Shown here one piece after another: positions 24,022-35,940 of a stretch of DNA of 64,000 bases. The notes beneath the pieces are model-generated. The model worked only from the letters and a program-made list of their open reading frames with translations, searched no databases and was not told where the DNA came from. Position numbers and translations under genes: made by a program. Origin of the DNA: Octopus bimaculoides (Eukaryota); NCBI RefSeq assembly GCF_001194135.2, contig NC_068981.1, forward strand, positions 129,063,252 to 129,127,251, written 5' to 3'. Position 1 is the stretch's first letter. Each line of letters opens with the position of its first letter.

Positions 24022-24374
24022 TAAAGAATAAAAAGTTTTGAATGGTACAACAATGCCCTATAATACAAACAATGGTTTATATACCTGTTGTAATTTAGTC
24101 ATCCATAGTCTGAGAATATTTCAGAATAAAATTCCTTCTTCAGATATTCTTAGAGGGAGTCGCTGCTATAGTCGGTTTCCCAATGGCTTCCGAAAAAAAA
24201 AATGAAAAGCCATTGGAAAACCGATTATAGCAGCGACTCCATCTACGAATATCTGAAGAAGGAATTTTATTCCGAAATATTATTGGACTATGGATGACTA
24301 AATTACAACAGGTATATTGACCATTGTTTGTATTATAGTGCATTGTTATACTAATCAAAACTTTTTATTCTTTA
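24022..24374. mobile_element. Fold-back element / MITE: ~170-bp inverted arms around a ~17-nt loop
   Basis: 24022-24189 is the near reverse complement of 24207-24374. Confidence 0.9.
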
Positions 24375-24396
24375 TATGTGAGTTTAGAGGGACATA

Positions 24397-25290
24397 CAAG
24401 GGGGTACCCAAAAGTAACCAGAAACGTTCTCTGTGAGACAAGCCCATTGTAGTTCAGGCTTCCTCTGCTAGAAGCCACTTGATGCGACCCTCAGGCATCA
24501 GTCTGCCAACCAGCACTGTCAAGTGCTTTGCTTTGCAGTGCTTCTCCCCTGTTCATAGATTTTTGTGGTGGCTAAAATGAAGGAACAACATGCTTCCATG
24601 AAATTCTGTTTTCTTCTGGAGGGAAAATGGCAACTGAAACAGCTGTCATGTTTCAAAAATCTTACAAGGATGCTACCATAAGCATAACAAAAGTTTATGA
24701 ATGGTTTTTATGGTTTAGGAATGGTCACTAGTTACTTGAAGACCAACCTCATTCAGGGCAACCATTGACCTCCTGAATAAATGAAAACATCACAAAAATT
24801 CATGAACTGACTTTGGAAGACCATCGCCAAAAAAATGACAAGCTTGTTGATATGACTAGTGTATCCTGGAGCTCCTGCCCAAGAAGTTTGAGCAAGGAAT
24901 TGTGAATGAAAGATTTGTGCCTCGCCTGCTCATGGAAGATCAAAAGCAGTCATCACTGAACTGAAAGAACAGTTGTAAGTTGATCTGAACCTTTTTTTGA
25001 AGGTCATCACTGGTGTCAAAAGCTGGTACTATGGCTATGACCTGCAAACAAAGTAGCAATAAAGTCAATGGAAGCATTCAATGTCATCATTCCCCCCNNN
25101 NNNNNNNATGTCAAGTGATGTTCAACGTCAAGATAATGCTGATTTCTTTCATCGATGTGAAAGGAATTGTCGACACAGAATTTGTTCCTCCTGGTGAAAC
25201 TGCTAACCAGATATTTTACTTGGCAGTTCTGAAGAGTTTGCAAGATGCAGTGAAACGAAAATGTCCCAACCTGTGGCAAAGAGGAGAGTG
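24397..25290 (+). mobile_element. Decayed mariner (DD34D-type) transposon, 5' part
   Basis: TA-caagggggtacccaaaagtaacc terminus; IKFCF..GK.ATET...VYEWF...EDQPHSG.PLT; HLKVITGVKSWYYGYD. Contains an assembly gap. Confidence 0.85.
25098..25107. other. Assembly gap (10 N)
   Basis: Run of n characters. Confidence 0.99.
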
Positions 25291-27599
25291 CCTTGATTTT
25301 TCTTCTTTTTAATTCTTCTAAAGACAGATGTTTTATTTGGGGTGGGGGAACAGTAAATGACTAAAATGTTACACATTTGCTGGGCATCATCTCACAAAAG
25401 TGTTTGTTTTTTTTGTTTATATTTCTCACCTTTGTCTATATGTTTAATTTATTCATCTATTCATCAGAGTTTTAATTCACTCAACAGAATGTGAGCAACC
25501 AATGCCTTGTGAATGAAACTGCAGACAGAAAGTGTAAGTCCATACATATATATAATAATTATGTGCATGTGTTTGTGTTTATCTTCAAACTGTCTGATCC
25601 ATGCTACCATGGAAAATTGAGCATTATAACCATGATGTGTGTGTGTGTGTGCACGCGCGCACATGTAAGTCATCTACACACACACATACACACACAAACA
25701 TATATCGTCAGTGAATCATATACCTGAAAAAGAAGCACACTCTAAAAGTTAGAGCAGTAATATATTTACATGAAGTTAAATATATGTCTAGTCATAGAGA
25801 GACCAATGGTTTTGCATCCATAAAGCGCTTAGCTTTATTCCTCTTTTACTTGCTGGAACACCACTTTAATTTTACTTAAACCTGGTATTTATTCAATCAG
25901 TCTCTTTTTGCCAAGTGGCTAAGTTACACACACATTCTTGGTTTGCTTAAAACACTGAGAAATTTGAAAATATGTTATCTTTTTTAAGAAGCTACTACAG
26001 TGCAAATAGAGATATAAATAGTTTTATCTCAGGAAAAATATCCTTTTGACAATGGGAAAAAGTGGACAGAATAGCCTATGGAAATTGGACCACATATGTC
26101 ATATACCAGTAGACAACAGATACTGGTATACAATTATTCATACTGTAAGCCTCTTTTACATGTCTGCTGAATGCTTTTTATTTTACCAGAAATCCCTCTC
26201 TGCCTTGTGTGTACCAATTATTCAACTGACTACAGTATGCTTGTTGCCGATCTACTCCTTTACAGTATAGCACATAAACCTCTCTCTCTCTCTCTTTAAT
26301 CTTGTTGAACTTTAACAATGTATTATAAAGCAATATTTTAATCTTGACCATGTTTCCCTTCAAGCCTGTTGACAGAAGACTACACATACAAGTTCCAAGC
26401 ACATTTTTTCTAGTTTTTCAATTTGATTTTTCAATAAAAATTAAGTCATCCACTCTTGAATTCATTTATTATATCCTTAAAAACTAAAACAAAAAAATAT
26501 GAAGGGAAAAAGAATGAAAAGAAACACCTGGTGGACACCTACTTGTATATTTAATTCCTTGCTGAGATCATTGATTAGCTTCTATACACTATTCATTCAC
26601 ACCAGAATGGATATATTCATAAAATTTACCAAGGTCATTAAAATGTCTAATTTTCTTCATGGCTTGGAAAATAACATTAGTACTAAAGAAATCAGTATTA
26701 TGTTACAATGAAGATTTAGTGACAAGGTTTAATCTAAATCTACTGTAATCTAAAACTAAGCTTCAGATAACCAATACAGGTTTACAACATAGATAATCTG
26801 GATTATCATTAAACCTTAAAGTGAAATTAGGATATTCACAATAATGGTTTATAGGAGAACAAGCATTTTTTAAATATTGATTAAAATTATATCATTAATA
26901 AAAACTAGATTGCAAAAGGAAAATAAATTTGCAGTCATATACTCATATGCATACATGCAAACACACACCTTATATACATGCAATTAAGATTGTAATCACA
27001 ATAATCATTGTCATCATTAAATGTTTTATTATATGCAGATTAGATGATTCATCTGCACATCACATAAATGTGTCGATTCGTTCTTCATATTTCAGTACTA
27101 AATGTTGCTACACTTAAAGCAAATAAAACTTGATTTAATAATGTACAACTCTCTTAGTCAACAGAAGCCATTTTTCTATTGTTATCTTCTTTTGTAGATC
27201 ACAAGTACAAAAGTATTCCAGAATGTTCTGAAGAGTAATTTAAAGGCAAACACATAATCAAAACAAAAATAAAAATATTGTTTATTGTAGAAAATAATTT
27301 TCAGATTGCTAAATAACCTGAATATATATATAAAGGTTTAGGTATTTTCTCAAAGCTTTCTTTAAGGAGCAAGGAAGTTGATGGAACCACTTATGATTTT
27401 GTTTAACAAATCCCTAAAAAACTATAAAAAAGAAAGAAGGTAAGAAAAAGACAAAATAGTTATAGGTCTGTGTCACTAACTTTACAAGCTGTTGAACTCT
27501 TGTAAACAAATATTAATGAAGAAGAGGTTTCAAAGCTTTTTATAAATAATGGGCCAACAAACGAATGCCAACATGCTAGATAAATTTGCTGGAAACAAA

Positions 27600-28540
27600 G
27601 ATGAGACAAATATATATATATAATAGCAGTAGACCTTTTGATGTTGTGTACTTTGATAATGAAAAAGAATCTGATAGTGTACCACTCCAAATGCTATTAT
27701 ATAAACTTAATAAACATGTGTTACATGGCAATGTTCTAGGTTGAATGGATGCCTATTTAACCAACAAAAGACAATATGTGTATTTGGTAAATAAACAGTC
27801 AAAGTGGCTTAATGTGAGAAGTGGAATGCCACAGAGATCAATCCCAGGACTAGCTCAACTCTTAGTATTTGTAAGCAGCTTCTTGAGAGATATAAAATGA
27901 ATTTGTTAATTATTTGCAGATAATGAAATTTATAATAGAACTGAGAGAACAGATATTCTTCAAAATGATTTGTTGACAAATGATTTGGTCATAATTATGG
28001 AAATTTAACATAGATAAATTGAAAGCAGTAAATTTTAGTTGTGGCAATATTTAAGCAGAGCATAAGATGTTTAATATAAGAACTTAATGATTTTATGTTA
28101 AGAAAAGGATTTGTGAGTATAATAACAAGAGATATGAAATTTAGAAGCCATTTTTCAAGCACTAAGAAAGGTCAATTAAATGCTGTTTTGATTACATGTT
28201 GGGTGTCGTTCTTAATATTGTACAAATGGTTTCACATGTTGGGTATACCTGAACAGCATATGTGAGACCACAACGGAGTATGTTGTTCTGTCTCCATCTT
28301 TATAGATGTATGCTTTAGAAAAAGTTCAGAGAAGATTGAGTAAATTAATTCAAGAAATAAGAATCCTGCATTATAAAGAACAACTACAAAGACTCAATTT
28401 AACCATGCCAGAGAAGTGGAGAAAGAGGGGCAAATAAATAGAAACATAGAAAATTGGAAAATGTCATCAGATTCCAATTTCATACAGATAGGGATGGTTG
28501 ACTGGTGGAACAAATTACTAAAATGGAATACTTAATTCTA
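27600..28540 (+). mobile_element. Decayed CR1/L2-like LINE RT and 3' region
   Basis: HGNVLGWMDAYLTNKRQYVYLVNKQSKWLNVRSGMPQRSIPG resembles G.VL.WI..WL..R.Q.V...S.W..V.SGVPQGSVLGP. Confidence 0.75.
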
Positions 28541-29395
28541 CTGCATTAAACCAATTAAAAAAATGCAATAAATTAAAATTCATCAATAAAATAAATTGTC
28601 CCTAGTAATGAGACAGGGTTTATAGCAGCAACAGGGCAACTTCTTTGAGAAGCAAGCCATGTGAGACATGGTTTATCATCAGGTGGACTGCACAACTAAA
28701 AAATTTTCAAGGTAATTTTTAGGTGTGCCATTTTGAAAGTCCCTAGGGCTAGTTTTCCAATGACTGGTTTAGAGGCTGACAGAAAACACAAATAGGTACA
28801 TACTTAGTGAAATTTATAACAGTAAAAATCACCAGCATCATACACTATTTTTTGAGTGATGATTTGAGCATAACATTTATCAAATAAACTGTGCCCCACA
28901 ATGGTTTGTTAAGTTTATCTATTTAGAGCTGGAAACAAAATACTGTAGTACTTTGTCACACAGAAAAATACTTTAAAACGGGAAATTATAATAATCAGTA
29001 ATATAGCTAGCAAATTTAAATTACCACTTCAAGAAAAAAAATATTCACAAAACTACAGTGAATACTGAATAAAGTTAGTTCAACATATAATATTTGGAGA
29101 AGTCTTAGGACTTGTAGAATATCCACTAGAAGATCATGGTTCAGATAGTTAAGATAATAAAAATCAATTAATAGAACAACTAGTAGCCACAGGAATACTG
29201 CTGTCTTCTCTGAACCAAATTAGAAATGTCAATAGTCCACTTGGCTATATAAATATGCATCTTAAAATTAATTAGTGTTTTGTTTATCTTTTTTTGCTGA
29301 GATCTGAAAGTTGGAGAAAACATTGTGAATCCACTAATTGCATCTCGTTTACATTCGGACAACGTGAAGGCTGATGAGGCAAATATATTACTTAC

Positions 29396-29800
29396 CTACA
29401 AAAGTGTCAACAAATGACGTACATATGAATGAATGCATGTCTAAACATTGCACAAAAGAAAAAAATGCATCACATAGATGGGTTATAAATTATTTCTTTT
29501 TAATTCATCAAACGAATATACAAAATATCAGAGATAAACACTGTGAAACAACAAATGTTTACATAATCCCAAAAGTCGGTTTTATGCGTATATAATAACT
29601 ATAGCCAAATGTTCAGTGTTTCAGTGGGAAAATGATCTGAAACTCATACTCACGGAAAGTAAACATTGTCCGTGATCTTGATAAACAATATTCCAGCTAG
29701 TTCTTTGTTGCGTTTTACAAGTTTTTTTTTTTTTAATGTTAGTTTCTCCTTAGTTTCAGGCATTTGTTTTGAAAATGATTTCTCAAATCCACCCAAAAGA
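29396..29800 (-). other. Candidate first exon and 258-nt intron of an unidentified minus-strand transcript downstream of TECR
   Basis: Donor TCC|GTGAGT at 29654/29653; acceptor cacttttgtag at 29396; CpG-retaining region. No long ORF follows. Confidence 0.35.
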
Positions 29801-30306
29801 ATAAGAAATTACATTTGATCTTCGCCACATTATTTCAGCTTCTTTTAAACATACTTATTTTCATAGTATTCAATAAACTGCTGTTTTGTAGCAAATGAGG
29901 TGGAATGTAGGTTATGGGATATGATTTTCCTAAACGCCCTTAACAACACATACACAAGTGAATTAGTAGACATTACAGAACTAATAGTCTGAATGTACAA
30001 TTTTCAAAAATATTATTTGACGGTCCGATTCAATAAAATTTCATGCCAGTATGCTTCGTAACAGAAATACAACACAAAATTAACATGTTGATATTGAAAG
30101 TGAAAGACAGATGTTGCTGTCATAAAGACATTTATTGTGAATGGGTTGATAATAATTTCAAAGGAATTGGTGGAGTTAGAACTAAAACTACGAATATGTT
30201 GGTAGAATAGTTCGCTTTAGAGGGCATTTGGTAAAGCGGTGGATTTTTTTTTTCAGGGCCGCTTAAGAGTCACTCAGACAACAAAACATTCTACCGGAAT
30301 CGAATA

Positions 30307-30474
30307 ATGTCCGATCTATGGGCTGCTTATGTCCAAACAGACCAACCTGCAGGTGATGGAATTTACATACATGACGGAAATTTTGTTGACAATAATAATA
30401 ATATTTATTCACAGTCCTTTGAATCTCTCTGTAAGATGGTTGTGGAACAATTCAACTACTTTACCCATCAATAA
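30307..30474 (+). CDS. Candidate 55-aa small ORF of unknown function
   Basis: MSDLWAAYVQTDQPAGDGIYIHDGNFVDNNNNIYSQSFESLCKMVVEQFNYFTHQ*. Acceptor ttttttttcag at 30256, A at -3 of the ATG, AATAAA at 30626-30631. No homology recognised. Confidence 0.2.
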   Translation: MSDLWAAYVQTDQPAGDGIYIHDGNFVDNNNNIYSQSFESLCKMVVEQFNYFTHQ

Positions 30475-30782
30475 TGAAGGAACTACGTGGAGAGAAAATG
30501 AATGGAATAGCAAATATCTACAAGTACCCTCTGCATTTTTGTAATTCTTTATGTATGTTTAATATTGTCATAATTTTGTTTCATGTTATTTTTATGAGCT
30601 TAAATTAAAATTTTGGGAAAAAAGTAATAAAAACGAAATAACTATCATTAGGATCGCCGAACAATTAAATAAATAGTCAACGGTAAAGCAAAACAAGTAT
30701 AAAATGAAACATGTATAGATTAGAAATATAGGTGGAAATATTATTGAGCCCGTGAAGGACAATATAAAGATACATAAATGGA

Positions 30783-31697
30783 TTATAAAATAAAAGGGAT
30801 AATGGCAGTACGGTTTCGAGGAAAATCACTAAATTCTCTTTTGTAATTTACAAGTTTGTTGAAAGACCATACAGTCATCTGATAGAAACCTGCCAGAGTA
30901 AAGAGTCCAACAGGAAAACACTGTGTCATCGCTGTAAAACCGATCCAAGCAAACACCTCGTAGGTGTAGTTTGGGCAGCTAACGAGATGAAAGAGCCAAG
31001 TGAAAGGGTTCAGGCCCGGATAAGGTATCAACCGTCGCGTAGAATTGCGGGGCCGGAGGTTGCGTAGTGCAATATGAATAGAAAAATTACCGATTTCTGA
31101 GAGGAGGAAAAGTGCGAGACCTGCATATATTTGTTTGTTACCGAAGCCAGGTGAAGTGTACAGAGGATGATTCATATAATAAGCAATGTAAGCCGAGAAG
31201 CCCCAGTAGTACCCACAATTCTTGAAAATATTGCGAATAGGCATGGTTGCATGAGAAAATCGGTGTACAAACAGGGTCTCCAGTAGTCTTTTGCCATAAT
31301 GAAAGCACCAACAACCGGCAGCGAGATCCACTACGAAGGCACGAGGTTCGTTCAAAGCATTCTGTCCATAAATAAAACTAGGACGAATATAAAAGAATGC
31401 ATAAATAAAAAGAGGTCCAGCATATTCTGCGAGAAATACTGTGGTCCATCCTATTTGAGGGCCAAGGTCTTTGAAGTAAAGGACAGCTTTTTTGTTGAAT
31501 CCCAAACTTGCTAGTGTTTCGTCATCTCTAAGAAGCCTGCCTCGCGCTTCTTTACGAAATGATTGTCTTTCAAATGCCAATTTCGGACTGAATTTCTTAT
31601 ATTCCTTTTTAACATCTTTCACTGTCGACAGAGGTTTGAGGTTACTGAAGGAAACAATACATTTCCCAGTTTTCGCACTCGCAATATCAACTTCCAT
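30783..31697 (-). CDS. TECR: Very-long-chain enoyl-CoA reductase (trans-2,3-enoyl-CoA reductase), single coding exon, 304 aa
   Basis: Ubiquitin-like N-terminus, then YFKDLGPQIGWTTVFLAEYAGP, HYGKRLLETLFVHRFSHATMP, KNCGYYWGF, VSCPNYTYE and RTAIIPFIL (steroid 5-alpha-reductase family, TECR signatures). Confidence 0.95.
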   Translation of the reverse strand: MEVDIASAKTGKCIVSFSNLKPLSTVKDVKKEYKKFSPKLAFERQSFRKEARGRLLRDDETLASLGFNKKAVLYFKDLGPQIGWTTVFLAEYAGPLFIYAFFYIRPSFIYGQNALNEPRAFVVDLAAGCWCFHYGKRLLETLFVHRFSHATMPIRNIFKNCGYYWGFSAYIAYYMNHPLYTSPGFGNKQIYAGLALFLLSEIGNFSIHIALRNLRPRNSTRRLIPYPGLNPFTWLFHLVSCPNYTYEVFAWIGFTAMTQCFPVGLFTLAGFYQMTVWSFNKLVNYKREFSDFPRNRTAIIPFIL

Positions 31698-31739
31698 AGT
31701 TATGAATATGGCAATAACAAATGTGTAGTAAAACAGTAG

Positions 31740-32110
31740 AATCCGAGGGAACTAGAGATGTTCAGTGTTGTTAAAAAATTATACATATAGATTTAAAAAG
31801 AATTTTTGGGCCGCAGAGAAGTAGGGAAGCGTAACGTTTTGAAGAGAATCCGTCGTCAGCGCGATAAGAAACGTCAACGAGTGTACAAGTAAATATAAAT
31901 GGGATTTAGTGTGTGTACATGTGTGTATGTAAAAGAGAGAGAGAAGAAAAAGGGAAGTAGTAACAAGTGTCAGAGAGAGGTGGCAACGGCCAGACAATGA
32001 AAAGAACGTCAGCCAGATTTCATAAGCGGTGATGGGAAAAAGAGAGAGAGAGAGAGAGAAAACACATGTATACACGCAGTGAGTGAACTAACGAAAACGA
32101 TACGCATTCA
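31740..32110 (-). promoter_or_regulatory. Probable TECR promoter / 5' region
   Basis: CpG-rich island with (GA)n tracts directly upstream of the ATG. Confidence 0.5.
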
Positions 32111-32147
32111 ATCACAGTTAGACTAAGTTCCATACACACACTAGAGT

Positions 32148-33700
32148 GTGTGCCACCCCGGGCAGCCCTTCCGTCTGCCGCCCCTGAACCCCCACAAAAA
32201 ACACATAATGCCTACAGCAATAGCCTACAACAAGATGAAAAGTGCCGCCCCTACCGTCCCCTTAACTACGCTAGTGCACACACACAATGAGATTACAGAT
32301 GAGGAAATTGGCATTATCATACACACATACAAAACCCCCCCCCCTGCTTTTCAACAAAGGACTGGCCTGGGCCAAGCGCACCAATTTAAAAGACTTCTTC
32401 GACGTAGCAATGGGTGCCTTCGACAACACTGATGTGTGTGACCTCATAGGCATTTTTATTCTGAATTTACTTAATAAGAAATTCCCTTCAACTAGTTTTG
32501 GCCTCTACAGAGACAATGCTTTGGTAGCATTGGTGGGCCACATACTCGATAGGCTTAGGAAGGACCTTGAATTTCCTAGTCTTCCTGGTTACTATCGAAA
32601 CCAACCAAAAGACAGATAATTTCCTTGATGTGACCTTAAAGTTAGAATCTGGTGCTTTTAAGGAGCCGAATGACAAACTGACATACATTAATATAGCTTT
32701 CTTTTCCAACCATAGTGTTTGTGAACCTTATGAAAGGGATCAGGAGAAGACTCTCCAATCTGCTTACAAGTAAAGAGGCTTTTGACCCCACGGCTCCATA
32801 CCACAATGAGGACCCTGGCCGCCAGCAATTTTAAAGACAGGATTAATTACATGTGTGACCATAACCCCAACAAGAGAAAACTTAACTGGAAAGTATTGTG
32901 GTTCTCACCCCTGTTCTCCCTAAATGTAAAGGCTTGTATGGGTAAGATCTACATTAGCTTAGTGGCTATTCACTTCCCTGCATGAACAGGTTCTATAAAA
33001 TATTTAATAAATACACTTTAAGTGTTTGTTTTAATTTACACCTAGTCTCTTGAAAATTTTAGGTGGTAGACCCATGTCAGACAGAGACAAGATGCTCAAG
33101 TAGAAGCAACACAACATGACCTTTCAACACAGAGCATTATCGTGTATGAGGCACAAGTGACGCCAAATGACCCCAACAGGCAGTCAAATGTGCAAGAGTA
33201 TGTGGGTGTGACAGAAAGTCCAGGACATTTGTCTACATACATCCATAACAACCATAAGTCCTCCTTTAATATCCACGAGAGGTGGAATATAATAGCCCTG
33301 GCTAAGCATGCATGGTCGTTGGAGGAAAGCACTGTGGATTACAAGATCAGGTGGAAAGTGCTAAGAAGTGCAAGTCTAACTTCAACAAAAGCAGGAAGTG
33401 CAGGTTATGTCTGGCTGAGAAAAGAACTGTTTTAAAGAACTCTCTTCACCCGGACACTTATCCAAGCCTGCAAGAGTGAAGTTTTCTGCTTGTACCCACA
33501 TGAAAGAATGTGATTGGTTATCAACAGGCTCCAACATGATTATAAACCTTAGGGCTCCTTCAATCAATCCTTCCACCACCACAACCTGAAGTCCGGTAAA
33601 ACATGAGTTTAAACTTACCCAATCCCCTTCCTCCAACACTCCTACACATATCAGTCCCTTATCACCTACCCCCAGACCTCACTTTGTTGGCAGTTATCAC
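32148..33700 (+). mobile_element. Penelope-like retroelement (RT plus GIY-YIG endonuclease), frameshifted
   Basis: FDVAMGAFDNTDVCDLIGIFIL...GLYRDN; NFLDVTLKL; VLWFSPLFSLNVK; VYEAQV...EYVGVTE...NHKSSF...LAKHAWSL...IRWKVL. Confidence 0.9.
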
Positions 33701-33829
33701 TTATGCAGGTTTTGGGACAAGAGGCATAACTCTTGAAGGAATCTGATCTCTAAATGTTGTTCACTGCTTCGTTTCCTGTTTTTCACAATATTCACAAACT
33801 GGATTGCCCCTTCCTTGCATTCATACATA

Positions 33830-34440
33830 CGTGGGGTACCCCAAAGTAACTAGAAACATTCTCTGTGGGACAAGACTGTTGTAGTTCAGGCTTCCACTGC
33901 TAGAAGTCACTTGATGTGACCCCAGGCATTGGTATGTTGACCAGCATCGTTGAGTGTAATTTTACTGTCATCTTGCTTTGCAGTGCTTCTCCCCTGTTCA
34001 TCGATTTTTGCAATGGCTGAAATTAGGGATCAGCGTGCTCCAGTGAAATTCTGTTTTCTGCTTGGGAAAACACTGGCTGAAACAGTTGTCATGCTTCTAA
34101 TAGCTTACAAGAATGCTGCCATGAGCAAAACACAAGTTTAAAACTTGTGTTATTTAATTGTCATTTGTTGCTTGAAGACCAACCTCGTTCAGGGCGTCCA
34201 TTGACCTCCCAAATGAATGTAAACATGAAACTTCATGAATTGATCTTGGAGGACCGTCACCAAACAATTGACAAACTTGTTGATATGACTGGTGTGTCCT
34301 GGAGCTCCTGCCAACAAATTTTGAACAAGGACTTGCGAATGAAAAGAATTGCAACAAAATTTGTGTCCCATTTGCTCACGGAAGACCAAAATCAGTCATG
34401 ACTGAATGTGTATTGTGAACTGTAAGAACAGCTAGAAATG
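33830..34440 (+). mobile_element. Decayed mariner transposon, same family as 24397-25290
   Basis: TA-cgtggggtaccccaaagtaact terminus; MAEIRDQRAPVKFCFLLGKTLAET...EDQPRSGRPLT...ATKFVSHLLTEDQ. Confidence 0.88.
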
Positions 34441-34504
34441 TATGTACCCCTTTGTACATACATACATACATGCATGCATATGCACACACACACACACACA
34501 GGCA

Positions 34505-35940
34505 TGGAATTTGGCCAAAATAAATGTTCATATTTGGTTATAGAACGAGGAAAGTCAGTTCCCCAAACCTGTGCATCAACGGTGTCTTTATCTCCCCCAT
34601 TCCACACAAAGAATGTTACATGTACCTAGGCATAGACGAAAATGTATCATATGAAGGCACTGTGAATAAAGACAGAATGACCCAAGAATATTACACTAGA
34701 CTTAGGAAAATATGGCAGTCGGAACTCTCCTCTTACAACAAAACAATATCCCACAATGCATTTGCAGTACCAATGCTGATCCCAACATTTGGGATACTTG
34801 ATTGCTCTGTAGAGGAAATCCACTCCATAGATATTAAAACCCGCAAAATCCTAACAACTGGGAAGTTCCACTGAAACAGTGATGTTGACAGGCTCTACTT
34901 AAGAAGAAATGAAGGTGGTAGAGCCCTGAGATCAGTGCAGACGGCCTTCGAATGCCGTACGGTATCACTCACGCAGCACCTGCTAAACAACAGCAACAAA
35001 AATAAATATATAAATCCTGTGCTGAAAAGTGAAGTGAGCAACACTGTACGAGTTGGCAGTGAGCTCCTCAAGAAGCATTCTCTTCCTAATGATCTATACA
35101 GCCCCCAAACAGTTCGGTTCTCTTACCTCAGAGAAGACCTGGATGGAAAGCACTCAACATGCAAAAAAACAAAAAACAAAAAGAAGACTATGCATGGAAG
35201 CTTGAAGAAGACAGTAGAATTGATATGAAGTGCAGCCTCTCTTGGAGATAAGACCACTATATCACATCACACTTTGAAGGCTATGTGTTTGCAGTCCAGG
35301 AACATGAGATTACCACAAAGTATCTGGTGAACAAGAGAGACAGTAACACTCTTGTAATCCCAAGGTGCAATCACATGTGTAGGCTATGTCATGTTTCTGT
35401 GGAAGACATCAATGCATGTGATTAGCAGCTGTCCTAAAATGTCCTCATGGTACTACCTTCCTCTGCGGCACAATGTTGTTGCTAAAACAATTTACAATGC
35501 CATTGGCAAAAAAGACTGTCCTGAAATAAACTTCCTCTGTTATGGAAAATACATTCATAAACACCAGCTCAAGGAATACTGGTGGAATATTTCCATCAAA
35601 ACTTCTGTCAAATGTAAACATAACATAGGACAGAGGGGCAAAGGTATGTACCATCATAGAGGTCAGCTGCCCTGCAGATATAAATATCTCTTTGAAAATC
35701 AAAGAAAATAGGATATCTATAGACAACTGCTTCGAAACCTCCAGCTTCTATATCCAGACTATGAATTCATATTCATGCCAATAATAATTGGGACTCTAGA
35801 TTTAGTTAGTAAATGCTTAGAGGAGAATCTGGATAAACTGGAATTTTCAGAAAGAGAAATCGAACGGCTAATTCGTACAAGTGCAATCTGTGAGTGGAAC
35901 AGCAAAAATATGCAAGACTTTTCTCAAGTTCCAAATGTGA
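34505..35940 (+). mobile_element. R4/Dong-clade RLE LINE, 5'-truncated and decayed
   Basis: YMYLGIDE...EYYTRLRKIWQSELSSYNK...AFAVP...SDVDRLYLRRNEGGR; zinc knuckle CRLC...HVISSC...RHNVVAK; RLE tail LLRNLQLLYPDYEF. Confidence 0.88.

Noticed and set aside
28540-29660. snoRNA-host-gene interpretation of the small non-coding exons
   Set aside because: I found no convincing paired C/D boxes or H/ACA hairpins in the candidate introns by eye; a snoscan/Infernal run would be needed to reopen it.
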